Below, piece after piece: positions 13,619-26,900 of a stretch of 64,000 nucleotides of DNA. The DNA comes from Ascidiella aspersa. Lineage: Eukaryota. Where the stretch lies: positions 11,656,001-11,720,000 of the forward strand of contig OZ004610.1 in assembly GCA_963924565.1 (NCBI GenBank). The letters are read 5' to 3'. Made by a program: the position numbers and the translations under genes. Below the pieces are notes generated by a model. It did no database searches. It was not told the origin of the DNA and was given only the letters and a program-made list of their open reading frames with translations. The first letter of the stretch is position 1, and each line of letters begins with the position of its first letter.

Positions 13619-14947
13619 GGTCCAATGCGATTACGCTGATCGCAGCTGTGTGAAGGTGTGTCAGGCTGCCAGTGTTGTAAACATGCCATTTTTAAATAAA
13701 TTAAGTCTTAGTGAATCCATTTGTGAAATAACTTATATCCAAGTCAAGTCTTTTTGAATAAATAAGAAGTCAAGTTCCAGTCATGGTCTAGTTCAAAAGT
13801 TGCTCAAGTGTCTTACAAAAACGTTAAAAAAATCAACAAGTATCTAAAACGCAACACATAGGCCTAGCAAGCAAATCAATATGTCTAAAATGTGAGATAA
13901 ATCAACCAATTTTATAAAAACCTTACTGAAAACCCAAATCAGTAAAGTCAAGTTATTACAACAATGCTAACTGCTTCTGTGGCTTTATAACCGTGTGAGT
14001 CGACTGAGTGCTATTCTTTGAGCCAGCATCGCTGTGCTGAAATACAAGAAGAAGCGAAGTTGTAGCATTGCCAGTTGAATAAGTTTGTTTGTCCACTCCC
14101 AATAGCCAGACAAAAGAATCAGTTTTAATAGGCTGACGAATCGTCCATGGTCGACGACGTTGTTGCTCTTGTGGGAATAAACAACTCCTAACTGTAAAAC
14201 TTGGTTTGAAATAACGCGGTTGTGGATGTTTTACTTTGATAAACAGCAGTAACTTTTTTAATGTTGCCCTTCACAGTATCAAACATACTTCAAATATGCG
14301 CTACCAGCAAAAAGTCATATGGAGGAGAACGCTTATTATCTGAAAACTAAGAGAGTGTCATTTCATTTGTCAAAATTATTGAATCAATTTGGGCGGAATC
14401 GGAAATATCTAGGTAAAAACACTATTTTTGCTATATTTCACAAATAATTTTCAAAATTACAGATTGTTTATTGAGAAGCAGCAAACAACCACACGTCCAA
14501 CACAGTCAATTAGCAGCACGAACAGTAAATACAGACTAAAAAAATGCAAACGAAAATAGATACAGTGAATCTATGGTGACCAACATAAAGCTATACAGGC
14601 TAAAGGAAAACTAAAAATAAAGTAAACTAAGAAACAGCACTCGCGATGGAAAATATCGCTACAAAAGATGGTCCTTAAAACAACTTTTTTTATTTAAAAT
14701 ACATTTTTAAAACCAGATATTGATTTATATTGTCTTACATTTTTACCGAATTCAAAAATATTACCGAACACAAAAATAAATGCAGAACATATAACATGCA
14801 GTTTGAAGATTGTACCGCTTAAAGAGGACGCACGTAAAATAACCACCGTATGGAACAAATACAGACAACCGCTGATATATTTTCGCAGGTGTTTGTATCA
14901 CGCGAGATCCAATGTCCGTCGTCGTCCGCCCAAAACTGTGTCAAAGG

Positions 14948-17900
14948 TCAGCGCCAAGCGGGAAGCGGCGGTTTGCCGGGAGACCTGGACAAAGACAATT
15001 CGCCAGTCCGACGCTCCTTGGTTATAGCGTTCGAAGTGGCGTCTCTGAAAGCAGAGGGGATCTGCGCAGGAAAAAGCGTTTCAATTTTTCGTTCGGGAAA
15101 CCGTCAATTTTCGTTGCCGTATCTCGCGCGCAGCATGCAATAAAGCTTTTTTCAAAATAAACAAGTTGTTCCGACCTGTTTTTCGAGCTGCGCTTTTGTT
15201 GTTTTTGCTGCTGCCAACGTATTGGCGCTTCCCAACGGGCTCGAGGTTTCGTTCGGTCGAATGGAACTCTGTGAGGCGAAATACATTTTTGCAGTTTACA
15301 CCATCGAAGAAAAAACAGCCGCCCCCGTTTTTCACACTGCTTTTTTGTGCCGGGAATAAATGTAAAATCCGACCGCTTGTTTAGTGGTCATGAAAAATAC
15401 GATCGAATAAGGACCGTTGTGCATAATCAATGGTCCAGAAAGCTGGCTTATACACCAAATGCCCTGGGAAAATATGCTAGTTATTTCGGCTTACAGCTGT
15501 GGAAGGTAAATCGATGTTACATGCAAATCGGAAATTGAAAGCACAAATAAATATACCACCTTTTTAATGGCAGATGCCACGACGATAATCATATGCAAAT
15601 ACAATTTATTAAATTAAAAAAAACATATCAGCGATATAAGCGAGTTACCATTATACCACCAAAGCCGAAATTGTAAATCAGTAGTAGCCGACTGAACTCG
15701 AAGTAAACATGTAACTTGTCGCAGGAATATAAAATATCCCTAGCAAAGCTCAAGCGCCTATATTTTAGCAACGCCTCTCGAAAAAGCATATTAAAAAAAC
15801 CCCAGAACTTACATTCACGCCGACCGGCACCTGCTTGTCTCGCAAGTAGTGGAGGAGCTGCTCAGCGGCAACTCGCGTTTCACCAGTCGGTGTGTCCGAG
15901 GCGCTGTAGAGGCCCAGCATACGCGAAATCTCGCCCATCTGAAACAAGACGAGCGCTGAACGAAAAGTCGAAGATTTTACACTGTTTAACTTGAATTTTT
16001 TTGGATTTGCTTTTATTTAGTGTTGTCCACATACCGAAGACAGTCTCTTTATATCAGTTGTTCTTAAACTAGGGTCCATGAACACCTTGGGGATACGTGG
16101 ACTAGTTTTAGGGGGTCAACGAACGTCTAATTGAAATATTTGTATATTGGAATGTAGTCAATTTTTCAAGAAAAATAGTTTAGGTAAAAATTAAAACTTT
16201 TTTGCACTGAATGTATTTATACTCAATTTTACTTTCACATTTTTTGGAACCGAAACAGCATATTTCTGATCTGACGTCTATTTGCAATGTGATGTCAATT
16301 TATGATGTCATTTCTAATTATGTCTTGCCAACGCTGGTCCACGCGAAACAAAAAAATAGGGGTCCGCGGTAATAAAAGTTTAAGAACCACTGCTGTAGAA
16401 ACACTATGTTTCTAACACAAGAGCTGGAGTAGATACAATGTGATAATACGGACCTGAGCGGGGCTGAAAACAGTTGCAGCGACGGGTGGTGTCTGCACGA
16501 TCGGTGGTGCTGTAGAGCCAGTGGTTGTCGGGTCTGTGGCGAAGCGAACGCTGTGTCTTGTTCGCTTGGACTGGTTCGCTGCCTTGCCAGCCTTTTGCTT
16601 CACGGGAGATCTGCACAGATGGAGAACATTTAACAAGCTTTTAACGTCAATGCCGCCTTGGATCAAACACTTACAAAACAGCGTGTTTGCCTAGATCAGA
16701 CCTGGGCAACATATGGCCCGCGGTTTTAAGCAGCAATTTAATCCGGCCTGTGGCTTATTTTTCTTAAAATACATAAGCTAAGCGAAAACAAGGGCGAGTT
16801 TCTATATGTTTGGGTTGTATCGTAAACATCTTTCCAGAGACGGATCTAGTCATGACCCGCCAAACTCTATTTTGAGCCTGTTTTAAATACTAAAATGGAA
16901 ATTGTTTAAAAATGGAAATTTGTCCCTCCACACAATTTTTAGGCACTGTGTCACTTACTCCAACGAAAGTTTAACAAACTTAGGCACTTAGCCATAACAT
17001 TTATGTATTTTTTACGATTCGGTCGAATGTATTCCGTCTTTAAAATATGAACGAAATACCAGATGTTTTCTAAACTCTGAATCAACTCCTAACGTAATAA
17101 CAAGTTCGTTAGCTTATTTGTCGTATTATAGTTAATGTGACGACGGTCACAACAAAGTACCAAACACGCACCTGCTGACAAGGGCAGGTGGTCTAGATGT
17201 CGGGACGGCTGGTACCTTGTCTTGCTTCACTGGCACCAGATCAGACGTGCCTGCTGGAAGCAACATATCAACACCTATTTTAAAACATCAACAACTATTT
17301 TAAAATATCAACCCCTATTTTAAAATATCAACATCTATTTTAAGTATTTGTTTTAGTGACAAAGCTCATTTCCAGCTACTAAGAAAATACAGAAAAGCGG
17401 CATTTTAGGTGGTTATTGTGCAGGCTAGGTGAATTCATGTGTTAGATTATATCAAACATTTAGGATATTGGGCTATTAAAGAACCTTCAGTTATCACCCC
17501 AAAACTTACTTCCTAAGTAGTGTAATACCTCAGAGGGTTGAAAGAAAGTGACCTTTATTAGTTAAGCCGCACACACACAGTATTTAATTTACGTAAATCT
17601 ATAGAACCGCTTTGCCGCTTTCTTTTTTATATCGAACATCGCTATACGGTTTTCGTTTGAATCTGACAGTCACGTATTTGTTTAGAAAAGAGGAATCAGG
17701 TGGCACTGTATAAAGACAAATTGTATTATCAATACAACTTTACAGTGTCTTTGTACAGTGCAAGCGGTTTCTTTCTACAATGTCTATATACAGTGCCACC
17801 TGATTCTTCTATTTAGAATTCGACAAATACGGCCATATATAGAGATTGTTTAGAAAAGAGCTCGACCAAAGTCAATCATAAGCCTTAAACGTTACCATTC

Positions 17901-20900
17901 GCTTGCTGGTTGAGGAGCTGCATCAGAGCGAGGGAGGTTGGGACTCCGCTAGGATCTCCTCCAGCCATCCGACGGTTCTCCTTGTCCTCTCCCTCCTTCG
18001 CTCCGGGCTGATGCTGGGATCCGGCAAGCTGACTGGTCCTGGACATGTTCAGGGGATCTCCCGGTGGACGCTCCAGCAACTGAATCGAGATCGAAGAGCG
18101 TTAATTATCCGTAGGCTGGGTTTGGTTGTTACCATTTACAAACGCCAACTGGCAGTTATCAAATTTTGTACCACGGGCTTTCGCAGCAATTTCAATAAAA
18201 GTACAAAATTCAGATGATGATATGCGTTATTGCTGAAAGGTTTCAAAAAAACTTTATTCATCAGATTCAGTTTAAACAATTGTATTCAAAGTTGTAAAAC
18301 TATTCCACCTTCAAATGACAACTACTTTGTTAAAAAAAGTCCCATGTTGTTTATCAGTTATGTTATGCAAATTATTCAAATTTTACAATCAAGCTAGGAC
18401 AAAATAATTGTGCTCAGAAGCGAAAAGCTCTGGTGCGCACACGTACCATCGAGATGTAGTGCTGTAGCTGTTTGTCGCGGTTATCTCCCTGCCCTCCACT
18501 TTCGCCCTCCAGATCAGTGACGTCGTGACATGTCGCTGGGTGCCTAAAAAACAGAAAGGAGAGCGCAACTTTAAGAGCGCAACTAAGATTAGAGCTAAAG
18601 GCGCACCTAGAGGTAAAAAAGGCTAAGTAACACTGAAGATTGGTGGTGCTATAAAACACAAGGTTATTGATCTAGATTCTAGAATCTGTTACGCATCAGA
18701 TGAGAGGTGTACCATACAAGTACAACGAAACACTTTTAGTTTCCCGTCGCGCGCAACACAAACAAGCAACGTTCTTTCAACCAAATATAAAGGAGACCTA
18801 CTGTCCGTTGGGTCACAATCAGGCGGTTATGACGTTTTCGCGAGTGAATACATTGCCCAGCAATAAGGTGGACGCGAAAAGAGCGCATCAGGAGTGTTTT
18901 AGAAAATCGGCGTCACGGATTTCCTCAGATTTTCGCGACGCGGCTGCGTTTGTGCATTTTATTCGATTAAACTTAGCGGCGCGGAAGCGACAATAAGCAC
19001 GAGGCACCGGGTTGGTCTTTGCGCCAGCGATCCACGCTGTATGAAATGCGAGCGAACGGCGCAATTACGGCTGGGCGTCATGATCGGGTGGCGTGCGCAT
19101 AATGCGGCGAAACTAATAAAACATAGTGTACAGAAGTTCGTCACACTTCGTGACTGTCGGCTTTTCGAATCCCCAATCGATTGAAAAAAATGTTCCGCGT
19201 GCAATGCAACTAAGCCGGTAAAAGTACGGTAGGAGATCGTCATTCCTTTCTCGTTGTTTTTTTAATGCAACCGATTAGAAAACGTTCTATACGTCATACT
19301 ATTAGCTGCGGTTTTTCGTCGTCATTTGTCTAATTGAATGCTGTCTGTGAACGGGAGCAACAATGCTATTTGGTAATTTTATTTACCAATCGATGTGTTG
19401 ACGACATTCAAAGGAGTTAATTTAGTATACCTCGGTATTTTTGATCAACAATTAAACTAGAGCCTATAAGCACGACCCATAGGTCAATAAACGTGTGTTG
19501 CGCATCGTTTAAGATCGTGCAACATTTTCCGTCTTTCTAATTAATTGATGGCCACAAAACTTCCGACCATTTTTTTCTAGATTAAAAACAAATAAATTTA
19601 ATCACAGGGTGCAAAACCACACAAGGGCAGTGGGACAAAAGCTGGCTAGGTTTAAAATGTCTAGCGTAACAGAGGTCGATAAGGTGTCACAAAAACAGGT
19701 TAAAAATGGAAGCAGGCCGTGGTGGACAATATGAGATGGGAAACGGGTTTCCTGCAATCTTCCTTCAACCCACATAATACACATTACTCAGACGACGAGT
19801 GGTTGTGTATGTACCGGTTGCATCGATGTTTAACAAATACAGCACTACAAGCACCGTGATACGACGTTTTGGTTGTAACAGAAGAGATAAAAAAAAATTT
19901 TGAGCTGTGGTAAACCACCGTCAAAATAAAGTTATATTTAACAGAACATAAATTGTGCGGCGCTTCGACACTAGTTGAGAAATAAAACTTTGTTTCGACA
20001 ATCATTAGAATAGATGTTCCCGCGGATACAAAAATAAAGATCGAATCCCTTGAGGTAAAAAAATATACGTTGTCATCAATTTTACATTGGAAGTGCTTCC
20101 TAGCTGTGCACCGCAAAACTTTACAGGTGTGTCGTAAGATCAGAAATCAGAATATGTAGACATTGGGCTTGATTTTCTTTGGTTCAATAGTCACACCGCC
20201 AATCAACCTAAAAGGCTACACTACAGCTTGAACTCTATCACCATTGTTTACGTTTACATGACCAAGAACAACAGCACTAGACCGCAATATAGGTTTCTGC
20301 AGTGGCAAGTCTTTGGAAATCAACGTAAAAATCTAAACACATGGGCCACAGAGACGGAGTTGAGTTTTTCCCGATTTTGCAGTTATACTTGCAAGCGCCG
20401 CGCCCATAATGTTATAACTCGCAAGCGCCGCGCCCATAATAGACGTAAACCAATGCGCCTAAACAAAAGAACAACAAAACTCACTGTCCGTGATTTGCTC
20501 CGGCCACTGCCTCAATCGGAAAACTAGCTTCCTGTTCGGCGTTCAGCCTCCCTTCTCCAAGCTTTTGAGCGTCGCTTACTGCCGTTTTGCTGGGAACTGT
20601 GAACGCGGGCAGATTCGGGATGAACCTCTGTCGCTGCTGATGCTGGTGTCCCGACTGCTGGACGCTCGACACCGTGCTGAGGAAACAACTTGTTGAATTT
20701 TCAAACCAGTGATACTGAGAGTATTCGGGCTTCTAGACGTCTTTATTTAAAGCTTTTATCAATTTAGTTCGCGTAATGTATTTATACGAAAACGAAGATG
20801 TGATGGATAAGTTTTATCATTTGCTTTTTAAAAGTTAAATTATTTTTGTCCTAAAATAGTCTGAGGCGACGACCACAAGAAGGTGCGAATGACTTTCCCT

Positions 20901-23900
20901 ACAGCAAATGGTCTGTTTACTTGCCAATAAATACTTTTAAAGCGAAACCTATAATTGTGTAATTGTAAAGTAAAACATGACGGTCAGCAAAAGCAATAAA
21001 ATCGTAATCATTTTTTTGAAGCCCAAACTATAGAAGGCTGCTTGATATACCTTGTGAGGGGGGCATTTAACAAAAACTTTTTAACCCCTGCTTGCGGTTG
21101 TGTATGTAATTAGGTCAAACACTTGAAGACAAAAGGCAAAACTATGCGTGGTTCGTGACTACAGGCATGTGCGCTATCAACCCACGCGGACTGATGATGA
21201 GAATAAAAGATGGACTTCATTTACTTTATCACTGCAGTTTTCGCATTTCGTGGACACAGATGGTTTAAAATTTAAAACAAATTATGTTTGTAACTTTCTA
21301 TGGAACAAAACATTCAGGAAAGTGTTCGACGAGATTTTAAACAGTCAAGCCCACGTAATTATGCGTATAATACCTACTTATCTGTTGAAAACATTGTTGG
21401 ATATAAAAAATGCATTTTTTCGGCAAAAATTAGACTCCAGCGACCTTACCACGAATAAAAATTTGTCAATCTTGGAATATGTTTCGCTGTAAATCATATA
21501 CACGAAATAAAGAGCAAAATAGTTATTTGTAGTACCTACCTTTGACTGATGCTGCTAATTAGGGAAAGATTGGGCAACGCGTCGCAATCGTCTTCAGTGT
21601 CGTCACAAAGCTGTGTTGCTGTTTAAAAACAAAGTTAAGGTATTTTAGCCACTTCAAAAGTTGTATCAGATGTTTAAATGCATCATGCCATTTACGTCAA
21701 GCATTACATACAAAGAAAAAGGAGGGTTCCACAGCTTTGCTAGTACAGGGGCATCGGTCATGTTACAAAAATGCATTGTATAAAAAAACGCGATTGCTGC
21801 TATAGTTTCACCTTAAAGGAGACCGGCCGTCGTTGACAAAATTACTTAAATTCGTTCTTGCGGAAACAACAGTGGACCGCGTCTCGTTCAAAAGACCGTA
21901 AAAGTTTACGAACCGTAAAATTTCCGGTGTGCGGTTAAATCATCCCCTGTTTGTTCAATTAGACAATAAAGCTGCTGGGTAAATACCAGGAACACCTAAA
22001 GTTAGCATCATACCACTTGCCACTGTAGGTACGGTTACAACAAGGTAAGGGATGCCCAATTCCCCCCTTTAACTGTTAGCTGTGAGAGCAACAGTTTTTC
22101 TTTTTTTAAACAAACCAAACATACTTCGCAGTATAAATGAGTAAATCACGGACACTTTGTACATTATAGGACTCTAACAATTTTTTGTACAATTGACAAA
22201 TAGAGCTTATATTCCCACCGCGATTTGCCAGGTCGCTCGACTGCAGCGGCACGAATGCGTGTGAAGAAAGCGACGGAAAGGAGTGGTATGATGACGTTAT
22301 CGCGGAGGAGTTTGACGTCATTTGCGGGTGAGGTGAGGCGAGATGATGAGCGGTCTTTGGCGCCTGGGAAACGATGGGCTCGAGTGCGTAGGAACTGGCA
22401 AAAAAGGGACGATTGTTAGTTCATGTTGAACACCTGAAGCTTTTTCAAAAGTTATGTCAACTCTAAAGTTTTCATTCTCATTCTTTGCGATTTTTCACTT
22501 GGCTCGACCATAAGAGATAGACGAAAATTTGGAATAAAATTCGAATTAAAATATGACGAAAAATCTTTATACCGGTTTCAGAATAATGCACACATTTAAA
22601 AAAGGTATATTATAGTATATATTAAAAGTATATTATTTAGGCCATACAATTGTCGAATAAATATTCCCAAACGACAATTCTTGGTATGCCGTTAAACTAT
22701 TCAAACCAAGCCTCAAGCATCTATAGCAGTGATTCTATGTCGGAGTGCCGCGGCACGATAGGGTGCTATTTTTAACGCTTAAGGGTCTTGAGAGATATTT
22801 TAAATTATTTAGGATTCCAATATTGGCTCTATTAGTAAGCTTCTTGACACAATTTTTTGTGTTCGATAAAAGTGCCAAGAATTAAAAAGGGTTTGTCAAC
22901 CTTGTTGCCCAGTTAATGTTCTGTTTCAATCAAGTTTAGTGTAACGTTGCAGTTAACCACTCAGCAAAAATACGAACAAGGGTGCCGCGAACTATTAATA
23001 ATTTCTGCAGGTTGTCGCAAGCCAAAACGGTTGCGAAACACTGGTCTATAGGCTTGGTGTAGTAAAAATATCAACCAGTAAACGCTGTAAACATTAAGTC
23101 AATCTATAGAAAAGCTGCAAAACATAAGTCCTCAATTAAAGAAAATACGTCACTAATAGCGATCTGTGCATTTACACGAGGTACAGGAAGTTACTCGCGC
23201 ATCTTAAGTGATAGCTGTATATTTCGTTTTTGATGGGTATGCGCACGTCAGACCTTCAGCAACGAGTAATGATTTGTTTGCATGAATCTTAAACCAATAA
23301 GACGCAAATAGTGATAGGAAATAGCTTAATCGTTGTATAGCCGAGTAACTATACGGTATTTGGAATATTCGATTAATGACGGGAAATTATTGCTATGACC
23401 TATTGGTAATACAGTCACAACAAAATTTATAAATCGCATAATGTAAATCTTTTGATTTTAAAACGCAACAAAAAGTTGTAGGTTGAGTTCAACACAATGC
23501 GTAGAAATAACACGGCGACCCAGACGCGTTTGAGTGTATTTTAGCCGGACAAAGTCGCGGTGAACTGCAACTGACCAAATTAAACAAGGTCGGCTTTCGT
23601 AAACCAGCGAAACTCGGCGAACGCTTAAATACACAACAAAAACAACCAGCGCGGGTATTTCTGAGAAGCGCGCTAACAAATATTTGTATCAAGCCGCTCG
23701 CCAAACAGAATTCTTTTGTTGTTTCAAACGTGTGGAGTTGGCTTCTATTCACAGATAAAGCGCCCACATCGCTCCCTCGAAGGTCTGGTTTAAGGTATCT
23801 GTCGGTCGACTCACTTAAGCAAAGGATAGTCAAAATTATGTAAACACAGAAAGCACGATTGTAGACTTTAACATAATCGAACCGGTAGTGTACGATGTCT

Positions 23901-26900
23901 TCTGTTTGTCAAGCGCAAAATAAGTTGTTTCTCAGTGTTGTGAGTACGGTAACTAAGAATGGTTGTCGACTATCCAACTATATAGGAGGAAGTTTAACTG
24001 GTTAACATACAACACATTTAAACGCCATCTTACGACCGACGAACATACACTTGATCACCAGCCAACAACCACCCGACCGACACCTCAAAACATTTTCTGA
24101 GATAACCATTAACTGTTTAAAAGCCATAACGCGGCCTACAAATATAACGAGTGATTTTCATTAGGTTAGCACACTCACGAAAAATAAACAAGTGAACATG
24201 TCAGTTTTATTTAGAAGTCGCCCGTGTAAATGAAAGGTGAAGGATTAGAACGCTGGGAAATGACATGTAGGCGCGTGTTCTGCTGTTTATATAAGTATGA
24301 ACAAGAGTTCCGAAGTGGGTGCGGCAACTAAGACCTGGAACGACGTTCAAGGGCGTGTGATTCTTTTTCGGCTATTGAAAAGCAACGCGCCAAATAAAGC
24401 CGTGATTGAAGTTCGATTATCCAGTTTAGAGCTGTCGCGAGCTTTAAAGGTCAATTGGTGCTTTAAATACCACAACATTGGCAAATATGTGATCCCTGCA
24501 TTGGAATGTGAACGTTGCCTAAAATATGACCGAAAGTCCATTTTTTGGGCAGTAACAATCTAGAAGTCGCTTTGTTATCTTTCATATCGTTCGAAGAAAA
24601 TAATTTCACTTGGCTATAGATCAGGGATTCTTGAACTTTTTTTATCGCGGACCCCTAAAGTTTTTTTTGGTTCGCGTGGACCACAGTAGGCAAGAAAATT
24701 TCAGATATGACGTCATAAATTTACGTCACAATACAAATAAACTTCATAAATATTTTGATTCGGTCCTAAAAATGTGAAAGTGAAATGGAGTCTAAATACA
24801 AGTGCAAAATTGTAGTTTTTTTAATTAAACTGTTTTCTCCTTACATATTAACTAGTATTTCAATTAGACCTCCGTGGGCCCCCTAAACCTAATTCACGGA
24901 CCCCAAGGGGTCTATGGATCCCAGTTTAAGAATCCCTGCTATGGATCGACGTTGGACAAGCAAAAGCCAGGAACTCGGTATGTTAACAATCAAATTTACT
25001 CTTGGCACCCAAACTTTCTTTTATACCTTGGCACTGAAGGATGAGAGTCGCTTTGCAACGAAGGAGTAGGAAGGGCTCCTGTAAGTTGCGACTGCCTCAA
25101 ACTGTGAAGCTGGAATAGAAAAAATACACGAGTCAGCGGTTAAAAAATAGGCCTCCACAATTTCAAGGCCGGACGTTTACATAGCCGTCATGTTAGTTAG
25201 GACAACACGGGGCGGTTAAAAGGCACAAGTTACCTGTTTTATTGGTGGAAACCAAACATATGGCCACCGCAATGGCAACAAGACTTAACCACAAAGTCGG
25301 AAGTTTTCGTAACCCACTCACATAGCCAAACCTGTATGATACCCGTTATTCTAACCTCTCGACGATGTGATTTGACCTTTTTATCAAGGTTTAACAACAT
25401 TTCTGAGGTAGGGGAACTTTAACAACATTTCTGAGGTAGAAATCGCTTTGCAAAGGCGTGGTTTACACTCCAGGCGCCTCGCCTCGCTTCGTGCAACGTT
25501 ATCTACTGTTTACCCAGGCGACAAAATACAACACTCGTATTTGCTCGACTCACCATGTCGGTGTGCTGTGCGCTGCCGGACCTGGTCAGAGTATGGGCGA
25601 GGACCGAACTGGAAAAGGCGTCGTTTTCCCGATGCCAGTTTGCACCAGGGCTGCCACTAATGACCGGCGGCCTCTGCGGTGTTTCCCCCGTTGTGGTGCC
25701 GACGATCTGGGTTGGGAAAAGTTTTTTGTGTTTTTTTTAGTTTTTGCAACTGCGACTAAATAATCGCGTGACAAGCGCATATGAACCAAGTCTTTGTAGT
25801 CTGCGAGTTATAAGTATATAAACCGTTATAATACAAAATAGAACAGGGCGAAAAATCTCACATCACTAATTTTAAATAATTATTTTGACGCACAGTTTAA
25901 AAGCGATAACAAAAAAAATATATCGGTAGACTATATAGGACAGCTAGGAAAAAACTCGAAGAAAGTACATAATTTTTTAACCTTAAATAAGGTCATTTAA
26001 ATAATCTATCACAAATTGCGGTACTGCGTTACTAAGTATAGGTAATAGATTGCGGCCTGGTGGGGTTTAAAATGTTGTTGATAACGATATGTTAATTAAG
26101 CACCTTGTGCTGTTGTCAGTATTTATACTACAGTAAGCGTGTCACCAATGATCGCGTAATAACGGTACGGCGACCTATACAGAAAGATTGTTCTAAATAT
26201 AGCGATCGCGTACACGCAATAAGGCAATGAAACCCAAACTTTTAAATTATAGATTATCAGGTATAAAATACAGCTGTATATCAACCCTAATGCAAACGTG
26301 TCAATATTACCTCGGTTTTGAACAAATGGTGTTTTTAACTTCAAACGCATATTCTGTTGAATCTAATGAATACTTTTTATCGACTTGTTTTCAAAAACTA
26401 TTGCCAATCAGCAAAAGTCTTACGCGTCGAAGTCAAAATCGACAGCGGATCGTAAAATTTCATCTTGTGTGGCACACTGTTTGAAAATTGGAAGCACAAA
26501 CCTGTAGCGTTTCGTTGTAATGAGCCTGCAGGAGGTTCTGCATCTTGGACATCATCAACTGGCGCAGGTTTTCGCTTTTGGTCTTCAGCCTGAATTTGCA
26601 AAGAACACCTTAAAGTAAGCTTAGCAGGGGAGTCCAAGTTTAACCAGCTGTGACCAATATAAGTGAACATTTAAAAATTACGACTTGAAACGGTTCGGTA
26701 GTTTGCCGGGGTAAGCTGTCTTTCCGATATTGGCCTAAAAACGCTGAAAATTTAGAACTGAGAGCTGGTTAAAAACGATGTGTGAAAAGCAATAAAACAT
26801 CACAAAAACCTCGTTTAAAGGTACGACAAGCAAATAGGAGGACATAGCTAATTTTTTAAATGGTCGTTTTGTAAAATTAAAAGTAACTAGTAGTCAGCAT

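Noticed and set aside
17267-17343. Short periodic repeats as a CRISPR array (also 20390-20440, 25390-25440, 41213-41252)
   Set aside because: Eukaryotic context, head-to-tail units without unique spacers and no cas genes; these are simple tandem duplications.
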